Shown: piece after piece, positions 1-12,800 of the stretch
Layout: the number at the start of each line of letters is the position of its first letter
Numbering within the stretch: position 1 is the stretch's first letter
Assembly: GCA_977017645.1 (NCBI GenBank)
Contig: OZ360240.1
Coordinates: 37,076,001-37,140,000, forward strand
Direction of reading: 5' to 3'
Origin: Torpedo marmorata
Lineage: Eukaryota
Length of the DNA: 64,000 nt
Made by a program: the position numbers and the translations under genes
The notes under the pieces: model-generated
Told to the model about the DNA's origin: nothing
The model's input: only the letters and a program-made list of their open reading frames with translations
The model's database searches: none

Positions 1-2018
1 TAACCGTTCTCACATTTTGCCCCTTTTCTCTGGAAAGAAAAGAAGGACCCAAGCTGCATGCATTAGGGCTCTAAACACCATCTCTTTCTTCTCCACCAGT
101 AATGTACCCAGACAGTCAAAGATCTATCCAAAGCCTCCACCATGAAAAGGCTATTCTGTGGTTTCCTGTGGAAACCACACTCATTCTTATCCTCACATGG
201 CAACCACCAGGCACAACTTTGATAGCAGAAGTGCAACCCGATGTGTTTCTGTGAAACAACCATAAACACAGTCATTCTTGTCCGTGGGGGGTCTGAAGCC
301 CTGACTGCTCGTGCTTTCAGGAGCTAAATAACATTTTTCTCCCCATGCCATTCTTTTTGTGAGTTTTATCGGATTCAGTTTATACCACAAGGCAAGTACA
401 TTAACGATAGCCAAAGAAAGAAAACATCTGGTCATTCATGCCATATATAGAGGGTCAGCTGGAAACATCAAAGAAGTCACATAGTCGAGACCTAAAGATC
501 AGCAGGTGACACATTTACTTCTCCTTTGCCACATCAATAAAATTGTCAGACCCACCATCTTGTTGGAGTCGACTTGACTTCAAGGAGCTGGATTCTGATA
601 TCTATACATTAGCATTTTTATGGTAAACATCCCACATTTGTATTTGTTTAAACTTCATATTAAATCTCTGAGGACATGAAAGAGGTGACCTATGAATGAT
701 GCGGAAATCTCTTTACAATAATAAAAAGAAACAAAATTGCCTGGTCATGGATTTGCATTATTCATCTTGTGCCAAGTTATTCATGTAAAGATAAAACGAT
801 CATAATGCACTTTCTAATTTACTGTTGCTTAAATTGACATTGCCGATAACATGGTGATACCGTAGACTCTGATTTATTTGGAACTACAGTACTTTGTTTA
901 ATGAATTAACTCTCATGCCCCTTTTTGTCAGCCCAGTAGTGCAAGCTGCTAAGAAAGGCCCCAATTTGCTATTTTAAGACGGAACTGCCAATCCCTTCCA
1001 CCCTGATGTGTGTTTGTGATCAGCCTGCTTGCTCTTGGTAGCTTAGGGAACTAACTAAACATAGCAGAGCTGTTCACTTTTTGGATGTGATTCGGGACAA
1101 TTAACAGGATATAATGTTGTTATTTTTAAACTGGGTTTGTCATTTGAATGCAAAGCAGATTTATTAACAAAATCAGGGAAAAGTTCATGGCTTGCTGATC
1201 TTGCTCCTGAAGAAAGTGACATGGAAAAAGTGAATATAATCAGGATAACTTAAAAAAAGACAGTAAATGCTTCCCTCCACACTCTTTTCAACAACACTTT
1301 GAAATTTGCTACGAAGTTAGCATGTTGTACTTCAAATTTTCTGTGCTAAAAATGAAACTAACCAATGTACTAAAGTTTGCTCACTCTGAAAGAAATCCAG
1401 AAGATATTTCTCATTGCTATACCCAATATAAAATCATCTTTTCTTTAAAAAAGAGTGTTCAGCTTTTTGTCTGTTAACTTCAGCACTCTTACAAAAACAG
1501 CAGTATAGATTAAACATATTACTGTAGAAAATTAAATCAACATTAGTCTCAAATCAACTATACAGGCATTGGTCCAAGCAAAACACATGAAATTACTTGC
1601 CTCTTCTTATATAAATACATGTATTAAGTAAAAGGCCTACAGAAGACCTACATTACAAATTGCAGTTGAAATTGTGGCTGCACATTTCCATAAATGTTCT
1701 TGATCTCAGAAATACTATTAAGCATAGCAACAAGAGTATTATCAGGAAGTAAAAAGGGCACATGGGTTTCTTAGGCCTATCCCCAGGACATACAGAACAT
1801 TTATAAACAATTTAGGTCCAAATTTCATAACCAATTCCGAGTCTTCTTTGGGAAATGGCAATACCAAATGAAGTATGGAAAGATACACAAGTACCTATTG
1901 AAGCAGAATGTTTGGTCTTATGGACAAATTCATGAACATTAATGATTGTACTTAAGAAGACAAGCCAGACATGTTAGAATAATCTTAAAATCATTTGGAG
2001 TCAAGGTTTATGAATAGT

Positions 2019-2764
2019 ATTTTTTTCATCAATTATATTTAACACCTAAAAAATTAAAGAAATTTAATCCGACATTGTCAGGTTTATGTTTTAGATGTAA
2101 TAAAGAGGAAGGTTCCTTTGTACATTCTACATGGTTTTGTCCAAAAGTTTATGATTTTTGGTTGAAAGTTAAAAATTGTTTAGATAAAGTATTTAAGATT
2201 ACATTTCCAATGGATCCTATGATATTTTTGTTTGGAGATATTAGAAAGTTTAGCATTAAGAAGAAATTAAATATGTATCAAGTAGAATTTTTACGAATTG
2301 CTTTAGCTGTTTCAAAAAAATGCATTGCTATTACTTGGAAATCTGATTTAGATTTAGGATTAGAAAGATGGCATGCAGAACTTCGTTCGTGTATACCACT
2401 TGAAAAAATTACCTATAATTTACGTAATAAATATCATTTTTTCTTAAAAATTTGGAGCCCATATATGAGAGCTGTGGGTTTAAGGATTTGATGATCTCTG
2501 GATATCGGATCTACTGGCATGCTTGACCTCCACAATAGAATTAGTTTATAGATGGCATTCCCCTTACTCTATCCTTTTCTTTCTTTCTTTTTTCTATTTT
2601 TACTTTTTTTATTTTTTTAAAATATTTTTATTTTTATTAGATTAGTGGGGTTGGGGAGGGGAGGGAGAGAGGGAGGGTGAAAATGTATCACATGTATTTT
2701 GATAATTTTATATTTTATCTTATGTATTTTGTGATTTAAAAATTTAAATAAAATATTTAAAAAA
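2019..2764 (+). mobile_element. 5'-truncated L1-clade LINE (ORF2 C-terminus, 3'UTR, poly(A)) with 16-bp TSD
   Basis: ORF 2075-2491 has an L1 ORF2 C-terminal Cys/His motif (CFRCNKEEGSFVHSTWFC) and ends in KIWSPY. T-rich/G-rich 3'UTR, AATAAA and A-tail follow. Identical flanking repeat AAGGTTTATGAATAGT at 2003-2018 and 2765-2780. Confidence 0.9.
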
Positions 2765-3399
2765 AAGGTTTATGAATAGTTACCTGACTCTTGTGGCAGT
2801 CCATCAAAACAACTAATCAAGACATTCAGGACAGAAAGAAATTAATAGATGTAGAAAAATGCATACATATAAACCTCATAAATTTCTTGTCTAGTTTACC
2901 GAGCATCAGGAAGGGCAACATAGTCCAGGCAGTTGGCAACCTATGTGCCACATAGATACAGGAGGAAATGCATGGCAACATAAAAGTTGAAATGAATCTT
3001 TGCTGCTCTGCTTATAAAATACATAAAGATTTAACTGGAATTTTAGTGCCTACAATAGAATGAAATTTTATCAGGCAATGATAGGTTAGGCTACAATTAT
3101 TTCAGGTAGGTGTAGTCTTTGGTCATCTACACAGTATTCTCTTGGTACATATATAACTTGAATTTTGATTTTTTGACAAGGACAAATAATTTAGACTGAC
3201 ACTTCAATGTAATACTAAGGTATTGTTGGGCAGTAAAATGCGCTCTCTTTAAGATTGGACCAGCCATCACAGTTAGAAATAAAGAATATCTCAGAGCACT
3301 TTTTAAAAATAATTTGGCCAAACATTCATTACTTAATCAATACCACTGAAAGAAATTGCTCATTTATCTCAATGTTATTTGAAGAAAGATAAAATGTAA

Positions 3400-3770
3400 C
3401 GCCTTTCCCATCTGCAGATTGCCTGAAGCACTTTATGCCATTGTTGAAGTGAAATGACCACTGGACCATACGAAACACAGCAGCCAGATAATTAGTTTGT
3501 GTGAAGGATAAAGGTGGGCTAGAGCATTGCTTGTATCTCACATGGTCTTCTTTTTACTAGCCTTCAAATCTTAAAAATGCAACTGCAACAGAAGCTGTGG
3601 CATAACTACTTTCTCAACAGAAATCGGTGCCTTCGACTGTGCAGTCCCCTTCTTCATCACACTGGAACATCAGCCTCGATTTTTGCACTCAAGTCCCTAG
3701 AACTGGACATGATTCTATGAACTTCTTTGTTCCAGGCCAAAATCCTATCAATTGAGTCAAAGCTGACACA
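3400..3770 (-). mobile_element. Old Deu-domain SINE (SacSINE1/AmnSINE-like) remnant
   Basis: 3625-3690 (ggtgccttcgactgtgcag...cactggaacatcagcctcgattt) resembles the reverse complement of the Deu-SINE central region as I recall it. A related copy lies at about 27040-27380. Boundaries approximate. Confidence 0.5.
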
Positions 3771-4165
3771 GGGGCCTTGCTGTACTCAAAGTGGTCGCTG
3801 CATTTCTCTCCATTATGGCACTGGTTGTCAAGGACTTTGGCTATCCAGAGTGAAAGCTGCTTTAGAAATGCAAATTCCTTCTCTCTTTTTCACTTATCTT
3901 CTAAATTGTAATGCTGCAGAATGTCAAATGATGGCAAAGATGCAATTCAAATATGACTAGAATTTACATGACCAATAGCCTCTATTTTATATACAGTATA
4001 GGGAATAAAATGGTTCTAATTAATTGAGAAATGCTAGTAACATCAGATTTTGCGCAGAGGTGAATGTATCAGTTATGACTTTCAATTATTTTGCCATAAG
4101 GTATGGCTTTTGGGGAGTACCGAGTCTTGATGAAAATCAAAGTATTAAAGCATAGTAAAAGTTTA

Positions 4166-4170
<5 letters not shown>

Positions 4171-4200
<30 letters not shown>
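4171..4200. repeat. (AT)15 microsatellite
   Basis: Direct reading. Confidence 0.95.
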
Positions 4201-4204
<4 letters not shown>

Positions 4205-4681
4205 TTTTTTTAAGTGGTTATCAAATGAAGAACTCATTCCCTAACCCTACCCCTAATGTTTCTAAAATACATACTGAGACCTCACTTTCCTTTTTGAAGA
4301 GGTTAATTACTAATCACCTTCAGTTTAGCAACAGCAGGCACACTATTCTTCATTTACCATGAATGCGAGATGCAATATGTTGACAGAAAGGATGAACTCA
4401 CAGTCAAGAGAACACCAGGAAAGCTTTGTGAATTTCTGAAATCACCCCAATCAAGACAGTATTCTATTTTGCCAATGCAAAAGCAAATATAATGATTTCA
4501 AAGTTCCAAATACAGGAACCAAATGATGGACACATGCTAAAAAGACCATTTGTATGGTGTATGAAGTAATTTGACACCACTCCTCTTTAACAAAACTATA
4601 ATTCTCTTTCCAATCCTCTTTGAGGTAAAGTCTCACTTTTATATAGAAAAGATCAGAAATAAGCTAAAAACTCAAAACTGT

Positions 4682-5377
4682 TGTTATGGACCATGACTGA
4701 CCATTTGGACTGCGGACGGTCAGCAGGAAGGATGAAGTCTTTTGGAGTACACACTGGGAACAGGTTCTGAAAGAGTTAACTTGCCCAGGACTTGGTGTAC
4801 CCAGAGAGAGAGAGAGACCAGAGAGAGAGAGACAGGCTGTGGAAAATATACTTTGTTGCACTTTTGCAAAAGCAGGTGCAAACCTCTGCAAAAAGCATTC
4901 AGTTTTGGAGTTGCAAAGGCTAGAGAACACAGCAAAATCTAGGCTTGTGCATCCCAGGGAAAAAGGCTGGGAGAATAGCACATGGCCTCCTGTCTCAGCA
5001 AAATCCTGAGTTAAAGCAACTTTTGTGGAGAACAGGCGTGAGATCAGCGAGACCAGCTGTGAGATCCAAGTACACGCCTCAATCAGTGGTATACTGATTT
5101 GGAGTCGCAATCCTCGGGAATCTCTACCAAAAGGGAAAGTCATCAGAGAAGAAAAGCAAGCCAAGTATTCGTAAGCATAAACAGTCATTGTCTCTCTCCA
5201 ACGTTCATTAAGAAGTCTTTCTTGCCAGCACACAGAGCTGAATTTGGATCTTGAACATAGAGAGTGGACTGTATTATTTTTTTCTGACTGACTTGTTTTT
5301 ATGACTGACCTGGGGTTTTTGGGGAAAGTTTTTCCATTTTTACATGAGGGTTGGGCACAGACTGTAATGGCCTGGGC

Positions 5378-5438
<61 letters not shown>

Positions 5439-5585
5439 CTTTTAGATAAGAATAGTGTTTATAGATGCTTATAGTGGGGTTAATTGTTGTGAAATTATAT
5501 GTTTAATTGTCTTTAATAAATATAAATTTCAATTTTACCCCTTTTGCATTGCGTCTTCTGTCGTTGCTGGTTTGAATTTGTAACA
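4682..5585 (+). mobile_element. Solo LTR (Gypsy-like) containing (GA)n and (CA)n tracts
   Basis: Starts TGTTA and ends TAACA (inverted termini). AATAAA near 5515. Flanks CTGT / CTCT look like a 4-bp TSD with one mismatch. No internal coding sequence. Confidence 0.7.
5381..5437. repeat. (AC)28 microsatellite
   Basis: Direct reading. Source of the spurious MCVCVC... ORF. Confidence 0.95.
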
Positions 5586-5637
5586 CTCTGCATCCATGAA
5601 AAGCCATGGTACATCACCAGCAAAACCATATTTCACC

Positions 5638-6210
5638 AGAAGCATAAGATGTAGGAGCACAATTAGGCCATTCAGCCCATCGAGACTACTCCGCCATTTG
5701 AATCATGTACGATATTTTTCCTCTCAACCCCATATTTCTGCCTTCTCCTCTAACTTTGACATCCTTAATCAAGAATCAATAACCTATCAACCTCCACTTT
5801 AAATATACACAATGATTTGGTCCCAACATTCATTGTGTAGCAATGAATTCAGATTCACCACCCTCTGGCTGAAGAAATTTCTCCTAATCTCTGTTCTAAA
5901 TGGATGTCCTTTTATTCTGAGGCTTTGCCCTTTGGTCCTAGACTCTCCTAGTATGGGAAACATCTTCTCCATGTCGACTCTATCCAGGCCTTTCAGTATT
6001 GGGTAGGTTTCATTGAGATCCACCATTATCCTAAATTCCAGTGAGTACAGACCCAGAGCCATCAAATTCTCCTCAAATATTAACCATCTCATCTCCAGAA
6101 TCATTCTCATAAACCTCCTCTGGACCCTCTCCAACACCATACATCCATCCTTAGGTATGGGGCCCAAAACTGCTCACAATACTCCAAATATGGTTTGACC
6201 AACGCCCTCC
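5638..6210 (-). mobile_element. CR1 LINE 3' fragment
   Basis: ORF 5799-6167 matches the CR1 ORF2 C-terminus (LERVQRRF.RMI, LGLYSLEFR, RRNFFSQRVVN), followed by a CR1-type 3'UTR. Confidence 0.9.
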
Positions 6211-6642
6211 TGACCTCCTTGCCCAGTAAGTCTCTTATGTTTCTTCACCATCAGGTCAGGCACCAGCCCAGACTCAATAAACTGTTTAGAGGAGCATACC
6301 CAGAGCAATGTGGGTGTAAAGTGCCAATATGTTGAAACTGTAACACAGAGTCACTCTGACACTTAATAAAGACAGAAGGAATCGCAGTAGGAGATCAAAT
6401 CTGCCTGGGGTGTTCAAAAATCAATGTTTAAAAAAAATAAACTGCAAGAATGTGCACACTGAAATCTGCTACCAATGAAGGAATATGTCCACATTGGCGT
6501 GGGTATCTTGGTGGCTGTGTCTACGAACTGTAGCTATCTCTTTCCGAACAGGAGCTATTGAGACATCTGCGTTCACTGTTATGCAAAAGCGATAACTGAT
6601 CCTGACAATTCTCCATAACTAGCAAGCACATGGTGGGGAGAC

Positions 6643-6646
<4 letters not shown>

Positions 6647-6695
<49 letters not shown>

Positions 6696-6720
6696 AATAA
6701 TTCTCTCTCTCTCTCTCTCT
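6647..6720. repeat. Compound (TC)n/(AC)n microsatellite
   Basis: Direct reading. Confidence 0.9.
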
Positions 6721-7236
6721 TCCCCTGACTTCCTCATGGTATCTGCTGACATTAAATAAACCACATTGTGGGTCCTGTAATGTTGACTTTGCCTTATACT
6801 ATAGACATCCCAGGATGCAGGCCATTTATCAATATCTTTGGTCAGTCCAAATGTCATCGTTCTGTCCCAGTTCACTGTGTCAGTCGCATTTGAACCATAA
6901 CAGTAAACCAACAGGTGATCACTTGGTGAAAGGGCTATCTGTTGATGATAAAGCTAATAACTTCACTGCAATCCATGTACATCTGTGGAAGGCCATGATG
7001 CCATGAGCAATGTGATAAAGAAAATCATGCGCATATTTCTACTGACTAAAACAATGGGGATGTCCATAGCATCTGGAACAGTGTGTGTTAATATTTGTGA
7101 TGGCCTTGCCAACACAGTAGATTAGCAAATAAGAAGCAGAAACATGAGGAAGAAGGAGGAATGGAAATGTCAACCTTGACAGCTACTTTCTGCCTCGACT
7201 GTTAGTACCAGTATCCTGTTAACTTTCTTAATCATT

Positions 7237-7610
7237 TAGAACCATAGAACCATTGAACATTACAGCACAGAAAACAGGCCCTTCGGCCCTTCTAGTCTGT
7301 GCCAAACGATTATTCTGCCTAGTCCCACTGACCTGCACCCAGTCCATAGCCCTCGATACCCTGCCCATCCAAGTACCTGTCAAAATTTTTCTTAAATGTT
7401 AAAATTGAGCCCGCATTCACCACTTCAGCTGGCAGCTCGTTCCACATTCCCACCACTCTCTATGTGAAGTTCCCCTGAATGATCCCCCTAAACTTTTCCC
7501 CTTTCACCCTTAACCCCTGTCCTCTAGTTTGTATCTCACCTAACCTCAGTGCAAAAAGCCTACCCCTCATAATTTTGTATATCTCTATCAAATCTCCCCT
7601 CATTCTATCG
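7237..7610 (-). mobile_element. CR1 LINE 3' end
   Basis: Begins with the reverse complement of a short-repeat tail (agaaccatagaaccat), then the acaggcccttcggccc hairpin region and CR1 C-terminal coding remnants. Confidence 0.8.
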
Positions 7611-7974
7611 GAACATTCAGTGAATACATTGTAAAGATAAATGCCATCAAAAAATTATTCCAAATCAAACTGATAACTAAAACTATAATTTACAGCAAGC
7701 AATCAATTGCTTTTATCCATATCCTTTGTATCAGTCTAATGCCTTCCCTTGTCCCAGTTCTGCCTCTATGGCTGGTGGAAAGCTGCTAACTTTCAGTGGA
7801 GCTTACATTACATGGGAATGGAGGACAACCTCATCCAACCAAGAGTTGATAGGACATGGGAAGGATCTTGACATAGGTTGAGCAATCTATGCTGGCTGGC
7901 TCTCAGGCAAGAGATGAATGGAGAGGCAGAGAATGCTTGCGATCGTACAGAAGTAGGGCATTAGGTTTGAAGCA

Positions 7975-8342
7975 GTGGAGGTGACCTCGGTAAATAGATT
8001 TAAGACAGTGGTTCTCAACCTTTTTTTCCACTCACATACCACCTTAAGTAATCCCTTACTAACCACAAAGCACTTATGGCATAGGGTGCCATTGGTGCTG
8101 TGGTTGGTAAGGGATTACTTAAGGTGGTATGTGAGTTGAAAAAAAAGGTTGAGAACCACTGATTTAAGACAAGGTTGGATAGATCTTTACATAGTACGGG
8201 AATTAAGGGATATGGGGAAAAGGCAGGTAGGTGGAGATGAGCCTATCATCAGATCAGCCATGATCTCATTGAATGGCGGTGCAGGCTTGACGGGCCGGAT
8301 GGCCTACTCCTGCTCCTATTTCTTATCTTCTTTGTGCTCCAT
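7975..8342 (+). mobile_element. CR1 LINE 3' fragment interrupted by a hAT MITE
   Basis: gaagcagtggagg...tttaagacaaggttggatagat...gggccggatggcctactcctgctcctatttcttat is a typical CR1 3' end. Confidence 0.8.
8006..8161. mobile_element. Palindromic non-autonomous hAT (Charlie-like) MITE, 156 bp
   Basis: TIRs CAGTGGTTCTCAACCTTTTTTT / AAAAAAAGGTTGAGAACCACTG. Almost the whole element folds back. Perfect 8-bp TSD ATTTAAGA at 7998-8005 and 8162-8169. Confidence 0.92.
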
Positions 8343-8938
8343 GGAACCATTGCATACCCCATGGCAGCATTTCTGCAATCCTAATAATTGGATGGAGGAC
8401 TGCTGCCACCTCTTGCACACTCCTTTGTGCACTGTAATCAACAAGCATGAAAGCAACTCGCGGACTTTACATAACAAGAGTCTGAGGTTGCAGGGCAGCA
8501 TCCAGAAATGGTATGGCTGCAGATTGTATTGCATGAAACTGCAACATTGCACATTAGGTACTTCAACAAACTTGAAGAGATTTGGCGACTGCATCCATGA
8601 CAAGGGTGGACTGTAGGTTTTTTGAAACCCCTTTGTTAACTTGGCTCTTCCACATTCATCAACATTGAATGCAGAAATTCCATCAGACTCCCTTGTGCAC
8701 CAAGCAGTCCAACAAATATAATCATCCATTTTCTGCAAGTTGGAAACTGAAGGCTAGAGTCAAACTCCAATCTTTTGCATTTTTTGGCAGAAAAACCTGG
8801 TTACTAAATCAGAATCAGGGTCTCTGCTGGAAGACGTCCTACCCACAGGCATCATAACAAGTTGTAGAAATGCATTACTGGGCGGTAACACAAGTAGACC
8901 GAATACTTTTAAAAAGTAATCTTTAATTACTTTACTCT

Positions 8939-9978
8939 AGGCCTCTGTACCCCACTCTGCAACTGGATCCTTGACTTTCTCATCGGAAGACCACAGTCAG
9001 TACGAATTGGAAACAACGTCTCCTCCTCACTGATTATCAACACAGGCGCACCCCAAGGATGCGTGCTTAGTCCACTGCTCTACTCGTTATACACCCATGA
9101 CTGTGTGGCCAGGCACAATTCCAATGCCATCTACAAGTTTGCCGATGACACCACAGTTGTCGGCAGAATCACAAACGGCAATGAGGAAGCGTACAGGAGG
9201 GAGATAGATCAGCTCGTTGAATGGTGTAATGACAACAACCTTGAGCTCAATGTCAGCAAAACCAAGGAGATGATTGTGGACTTCAGGAGAAAGTCAGTGA
9301 ACATGACCCAGTCCTCATCGAGGGCTCAGTAGTGGAGAGGGTTAAGAACTTCAAATTCCTGGGTGTCAACATCTCCGAGGATCTGTCCTGGAGCATCCAC
9401 GTTGATGCAATCACAAAGAAGGCTCGTCAGCGGCTATACTTTGTGAGGTGTCTGCGGAGATTCGGTATGTCACCGAAGACTTTCGTAAACTTCTACAGGT
9501 GTACTGTGGAGAGCATTCTGGCTGGTTGCATCACTGCCTGGTATGGAGGCGCCAACTCTCAGGACAAGAGTAAACTCCAGAGGGTTGTTAACTCGGCCTG
9601 TGAAATCACAGGCACCAAACTTCACTCCATCGAGGACATCTACATGAGGTGGTGTCTTAAAAAAGCAGCCTCTATCCTCAAAGACCCCCACCACCCAGGC
9701 CATGCCCTCTTCACTTCTGCTTCCATCGGGAAAAAGGTACAGGAGCCTAAAGACGAGCACTCAACGGCACAAGGACAGCTTCTTCCCCGCTGCCATCAGA
9801 TTCCCGAATAATCAATGAACCAAAGACACTGCCTTACTTTTCGTGAACTATTATTTATAATTTTTACAGTAATGTCATAAGATGGTTAATATGAATGTTA
9901 ATTGCACTATGAATTCTGCCGCAAAACACTGAATTTCATGACTTGTTCATGACAATAAATTCTGATTCTGATTCTGAT
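8939..9978 (+). mobile_element. Rex1/Babar-clade LINE, 5'-truncated, frameshifted RT
   Basis: RT motifs [20 protein letters not shown] and YKFADDT, then FKFLGVNISEDLSW and KKARQRLYF (ORFs 9063-9332, 9332-9811). 3' tail AATAA(ATTCTG)n. Confidence 0.92.
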
Positions 9979-9989
9979 TAATCGGACTT

Positions 9990-10365
9990 GTATATCACTA
10001 GAAAGGCTGGTATTTAATCGCTGCCCTAATTTCTCTTGAGAAAGTGGTAGTGAGTTGCAGTGTTTGTGGTGAAGGGACTTCACTGTGCTATTAGATAAGG
10101 GTTTTGACCCAACAATTTCCTCCCACCGTTCAAAACGTACCGGGGGTGTAGGTTAATGGGGTGTAAATTGAGCGGCACGGACTCGTGGGCCAAAATGGCC
10201 TTGTTACAGTGCTGTATGTCTAAATTTTTTTTAAAATTAATTTTTTTAAAAAGAACAGTAAAGAAACTGGGACATATTTACAAACTTGGACAATGCTCGA
10301 CTTGGCAACGTTTGCTATTCCTAAATCTCTGCTCCCATGGTCCTTCTTAGTGGTAGAGGGCTTGT
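9990..10365 (-). mobile_element. Old degraded LINE (CR1-like) 3' part, host of nested insertions; probably resumes at about 12430-12690
   Basis: ggctggtatttaatcgctgccctaatttctcttgagaaagtggtagtgag resembles the reverse complement of an elasmobranch CR1-type 3' end. Pattern recognition only. Confidence 0.4.
10116..10250 (+). mobile_element. V-SINE (HE1-like) 3' fragment
   Basis: Matches the 3' half of the full copy at 20322-20582. Confidence 0.8.
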
Positions 10366-10374
10366 CAGGTAATA

Positions 10375-11758
10375 CAGGTACCCCCCGCTTCTCGAAAGTT
10401 TGCTTTACGCCACTTCGCTTTTACGAAAGACCTACATTAGTACCTGTTTTCGCTAACCGAAAGAAATCCGAAGAGGATTTTCGCTTTTACGAAAAAAGAC
10501 GAAAAGCGAAAATAGCGTTCAGCATTTGTTTTGCAGCGAGCCGTTATAGAGGCAGCGCGCACCCCGAGCAGCGAGAGTGGCGCCACCAAGCTCCTTTCCC
10601 AGGAACTACACTCAGCATCTCAGCATCAAGCCGCCATAACTTTGAACTGTGTCTGTGAGCATCTGTGCTTTATCTCGATTTATTTTGTGCATCCGTTAGC
10701 AAGATGTGTCCTAAGGTATCAGAAAAGCTGAAGAGTGCTTAGCGTAAAACTGGACGTAATTAAGCGTTTCGATCGTGGTGAACGAAATAAAGACATTGTG
10801 CGTGCGTTGAACTTGCCTGCGTCCACCATTCGTACTATTTACACGCAGAGAGAAGGAATCTTGAAAGCTGCCAAAGTTACTATAGGTTCTGCTGGTAGCA
10901 AAGTGATCTCTTTTAGTCGGCATCCAGTAATGGATAAAATGGAAAGTCTATTGCTTGAGTAGATTGATGGGTGTACAAAGCGTGGTGTTCCGTGAAGTTA
11001 TCTTATACTTAAGGAGAAATATAGGCTGTGTATTTATCATATAATTCCTGCTTTTACTATATGTTAGTGTTATTTTAGGTTTTATGTGTTATTTGGTATG
11101 ATTTGGTAGGGTCTAGGACATTTTAGTGCCCACATTTTGGCACCAGACAATTTGGCCTCCACAGTTTGGTGTCCACAATTTGGCGCCAGACATTTTGCCA
11201 CTCACAGTTTGACGCAGGACATTTTGGCACTAACAGTTAGGTGGATTTCACCATGGGGCGAGGGGAGTGCGGAGATGTCACCGCAGGGAGAGGGGATGCA
11301 GAGATGTCACCGCGTGGAGAGGGGAGTGCGGAGATGTTACCGCGGGGAGACGGGAGTGCGGAGATGTCACCACGGGGAGACGGGAGTTAGAGTTGACCCT
11401 AAGCCTAACCCTAAACCTAATTAAAATTATAATAAATTAATAATTTTATATTCATTATATTTAATTAAAAATATAATACATTAAATGCCGTGTCCATCGC
11501 CAAATGCGAGCGCCAAAATATCCGAAGGGCTACAAAAGTCTTTTTTTTTGGCCAAAATGTCTGGCGCCAAAATATCCAGCGCCAAACTGCAGACGCCAAA
11601 ATGTCTGATTCCGGATTTGGTAGGTTATTTTTTGGGTCTGGGAACACTCAAAAAATGTTCCCATATAAATTCATGGTAATTGCTTCTTCGCTTTACGCCA
11701 TTTCGGCTTATGAAAGGTTTCATAGGAACGCTCTACTTTCGGATAGCGGGGAAACCTG
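10375..11758 (+). mobile_element. Tigger/pogo-family DNA transposon, internally deleted
   Basis: TIRs CAGGTACCCCCCGCT / AGCGGGGAAACCTG flanked by TA. ORF 10735-10962 is an HTH_psq/CENP-B-like N-terminus (KLDVIKRFDRGERNKDIVRALNLPASTIRTI...MDKMESLLLE). No DDE domain. Confidence 0.9.
11109..11613. mobile_element. Non-autonomous MULE/foldback-like DNA element nested in the Tigger
   Basis: Direct repeat GATTTGGTA(GG) at 11100-11110 and 11614-11624 (9-11 bp TSD). ACATTTTGGC-like repeats on the left, inverted GCCAAAATGT-like repeats on the right. Internal 30-bp tandem repeat at about 11245-11387. Confidence 0.7.
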
Positions 11759-11869
11759 TAAATAGCCAAAGGCAAATAATTTCCATTTCCTCCCTGACAG
11801 TTGTATTATTCTCCATGGGATAGATGGCATTCAATTCGACCTACTATCCCCATTTAACCGCAGGTTAAA

Positions 11870-12402
11870 CAGGTTTCTACAGTAGCTCTATTGACAGCGT
11901 CCTGGCTGGCTGCATCACAGTGTGGTACAGTTGCTGCAGAGAAATAGATCGGTGGTCAATCCACGGGCCCATAAGAGCAACAGAGAGGATCACTGGTCTC
12001 CATTACCCCCACCCCCCATTGACGTGATCTACCAGAATCGTTTTCTGAGGACGGTGCACAATATCATTGAGGACCCCTTCCACCCCGCACACAGCATCGT
12101 TCAGCTGCCCCCATCAGGAAAGAGATACAGGAGCATCAGAGCCAGCACCACCAGGCTGAGGAACAGCTTCTTCCCCCGGGCAGTGAGAATGCTGAACGAC
12201 CAAAGGAACTGCTCACACTAACCATCTGAGACTCTCATATTCACGAAACAATATTTATTTATTTATAAGTATATATGAATGCATATGTATTGTTTGTCTG
12301 TATGTGTGTTATGTCTGGTTGTGTGTCTGCGTGTTTTGCACTGAGAATCGCTGTCGGGATGTACTTGTGCAATCAGATGACAATAAATTTGACTTGACTT
12401 GA
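11870..12402 (+). mobile_element. Rex1-clade LINE 3' fragment
   Basis: IIEDPFHPAHSIVQLPPSGKRYRSIRASTTRLRNSFFPRAVRMLN is the Rex1 C-terminus. Tail AATAAAT(TTGAC)n. Confidence 0.88.
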
Positions 12403-12699
12403 GGTTATCCCATGGTCACTTTTACCTACTTTCAAAGAATACTTGGCAAGTTTTTGCAATCCATTTGTTAGAAAGTATGAATTGCAGTCACGGTAAGCCA
12501 AGAGTTAAGAAAGTGAATTTTCAGAGATATGGATGGGATGCTAATCAATGGGGCTTTTTTTTTTCCTGAGTAATATCAAGTTGCTTGTGTTGGAGCTGTT
12601 CTCATTCACGAAATTGAAATATACTCCATCAGACTCCTGACTTGCACTGGAAGGTGGTGGAAAAACGTGAGTGGTAGGAGGTGACTCAAGGTATGAGGA

Positions 12700-12800
12700 A
12701 GGAAGGGCTCAGGCTCGAAATGTCAGTAATATATCTTTACCTCCTATGGACATTGTGAGACCAGCTAAGTTCATCATCCAGAATTTCTGTGTTTTGACTA
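12700..12800 (+). mobile_element. Penelope-derived terminal fragment with degenerate hammerhead motif
   Basis: gaagggctcaggctcgaaatgtcagtaatatatc is homologous to the 3' end of the Penelope at 14132-14220. Confidence 0.7.

Noticed and set aside
4239-4256. Interstitial telomeric repeat
   Set aside because: Only about three imperfect CCCTAA units, within chance or simple-repeat expectation.
4664-5434. 256-aa ORF starting MCVCVC
   Set aside because: It starts in a (TG)n microsatellite, runs antisense through a solo LTR and has no recognisable domain.
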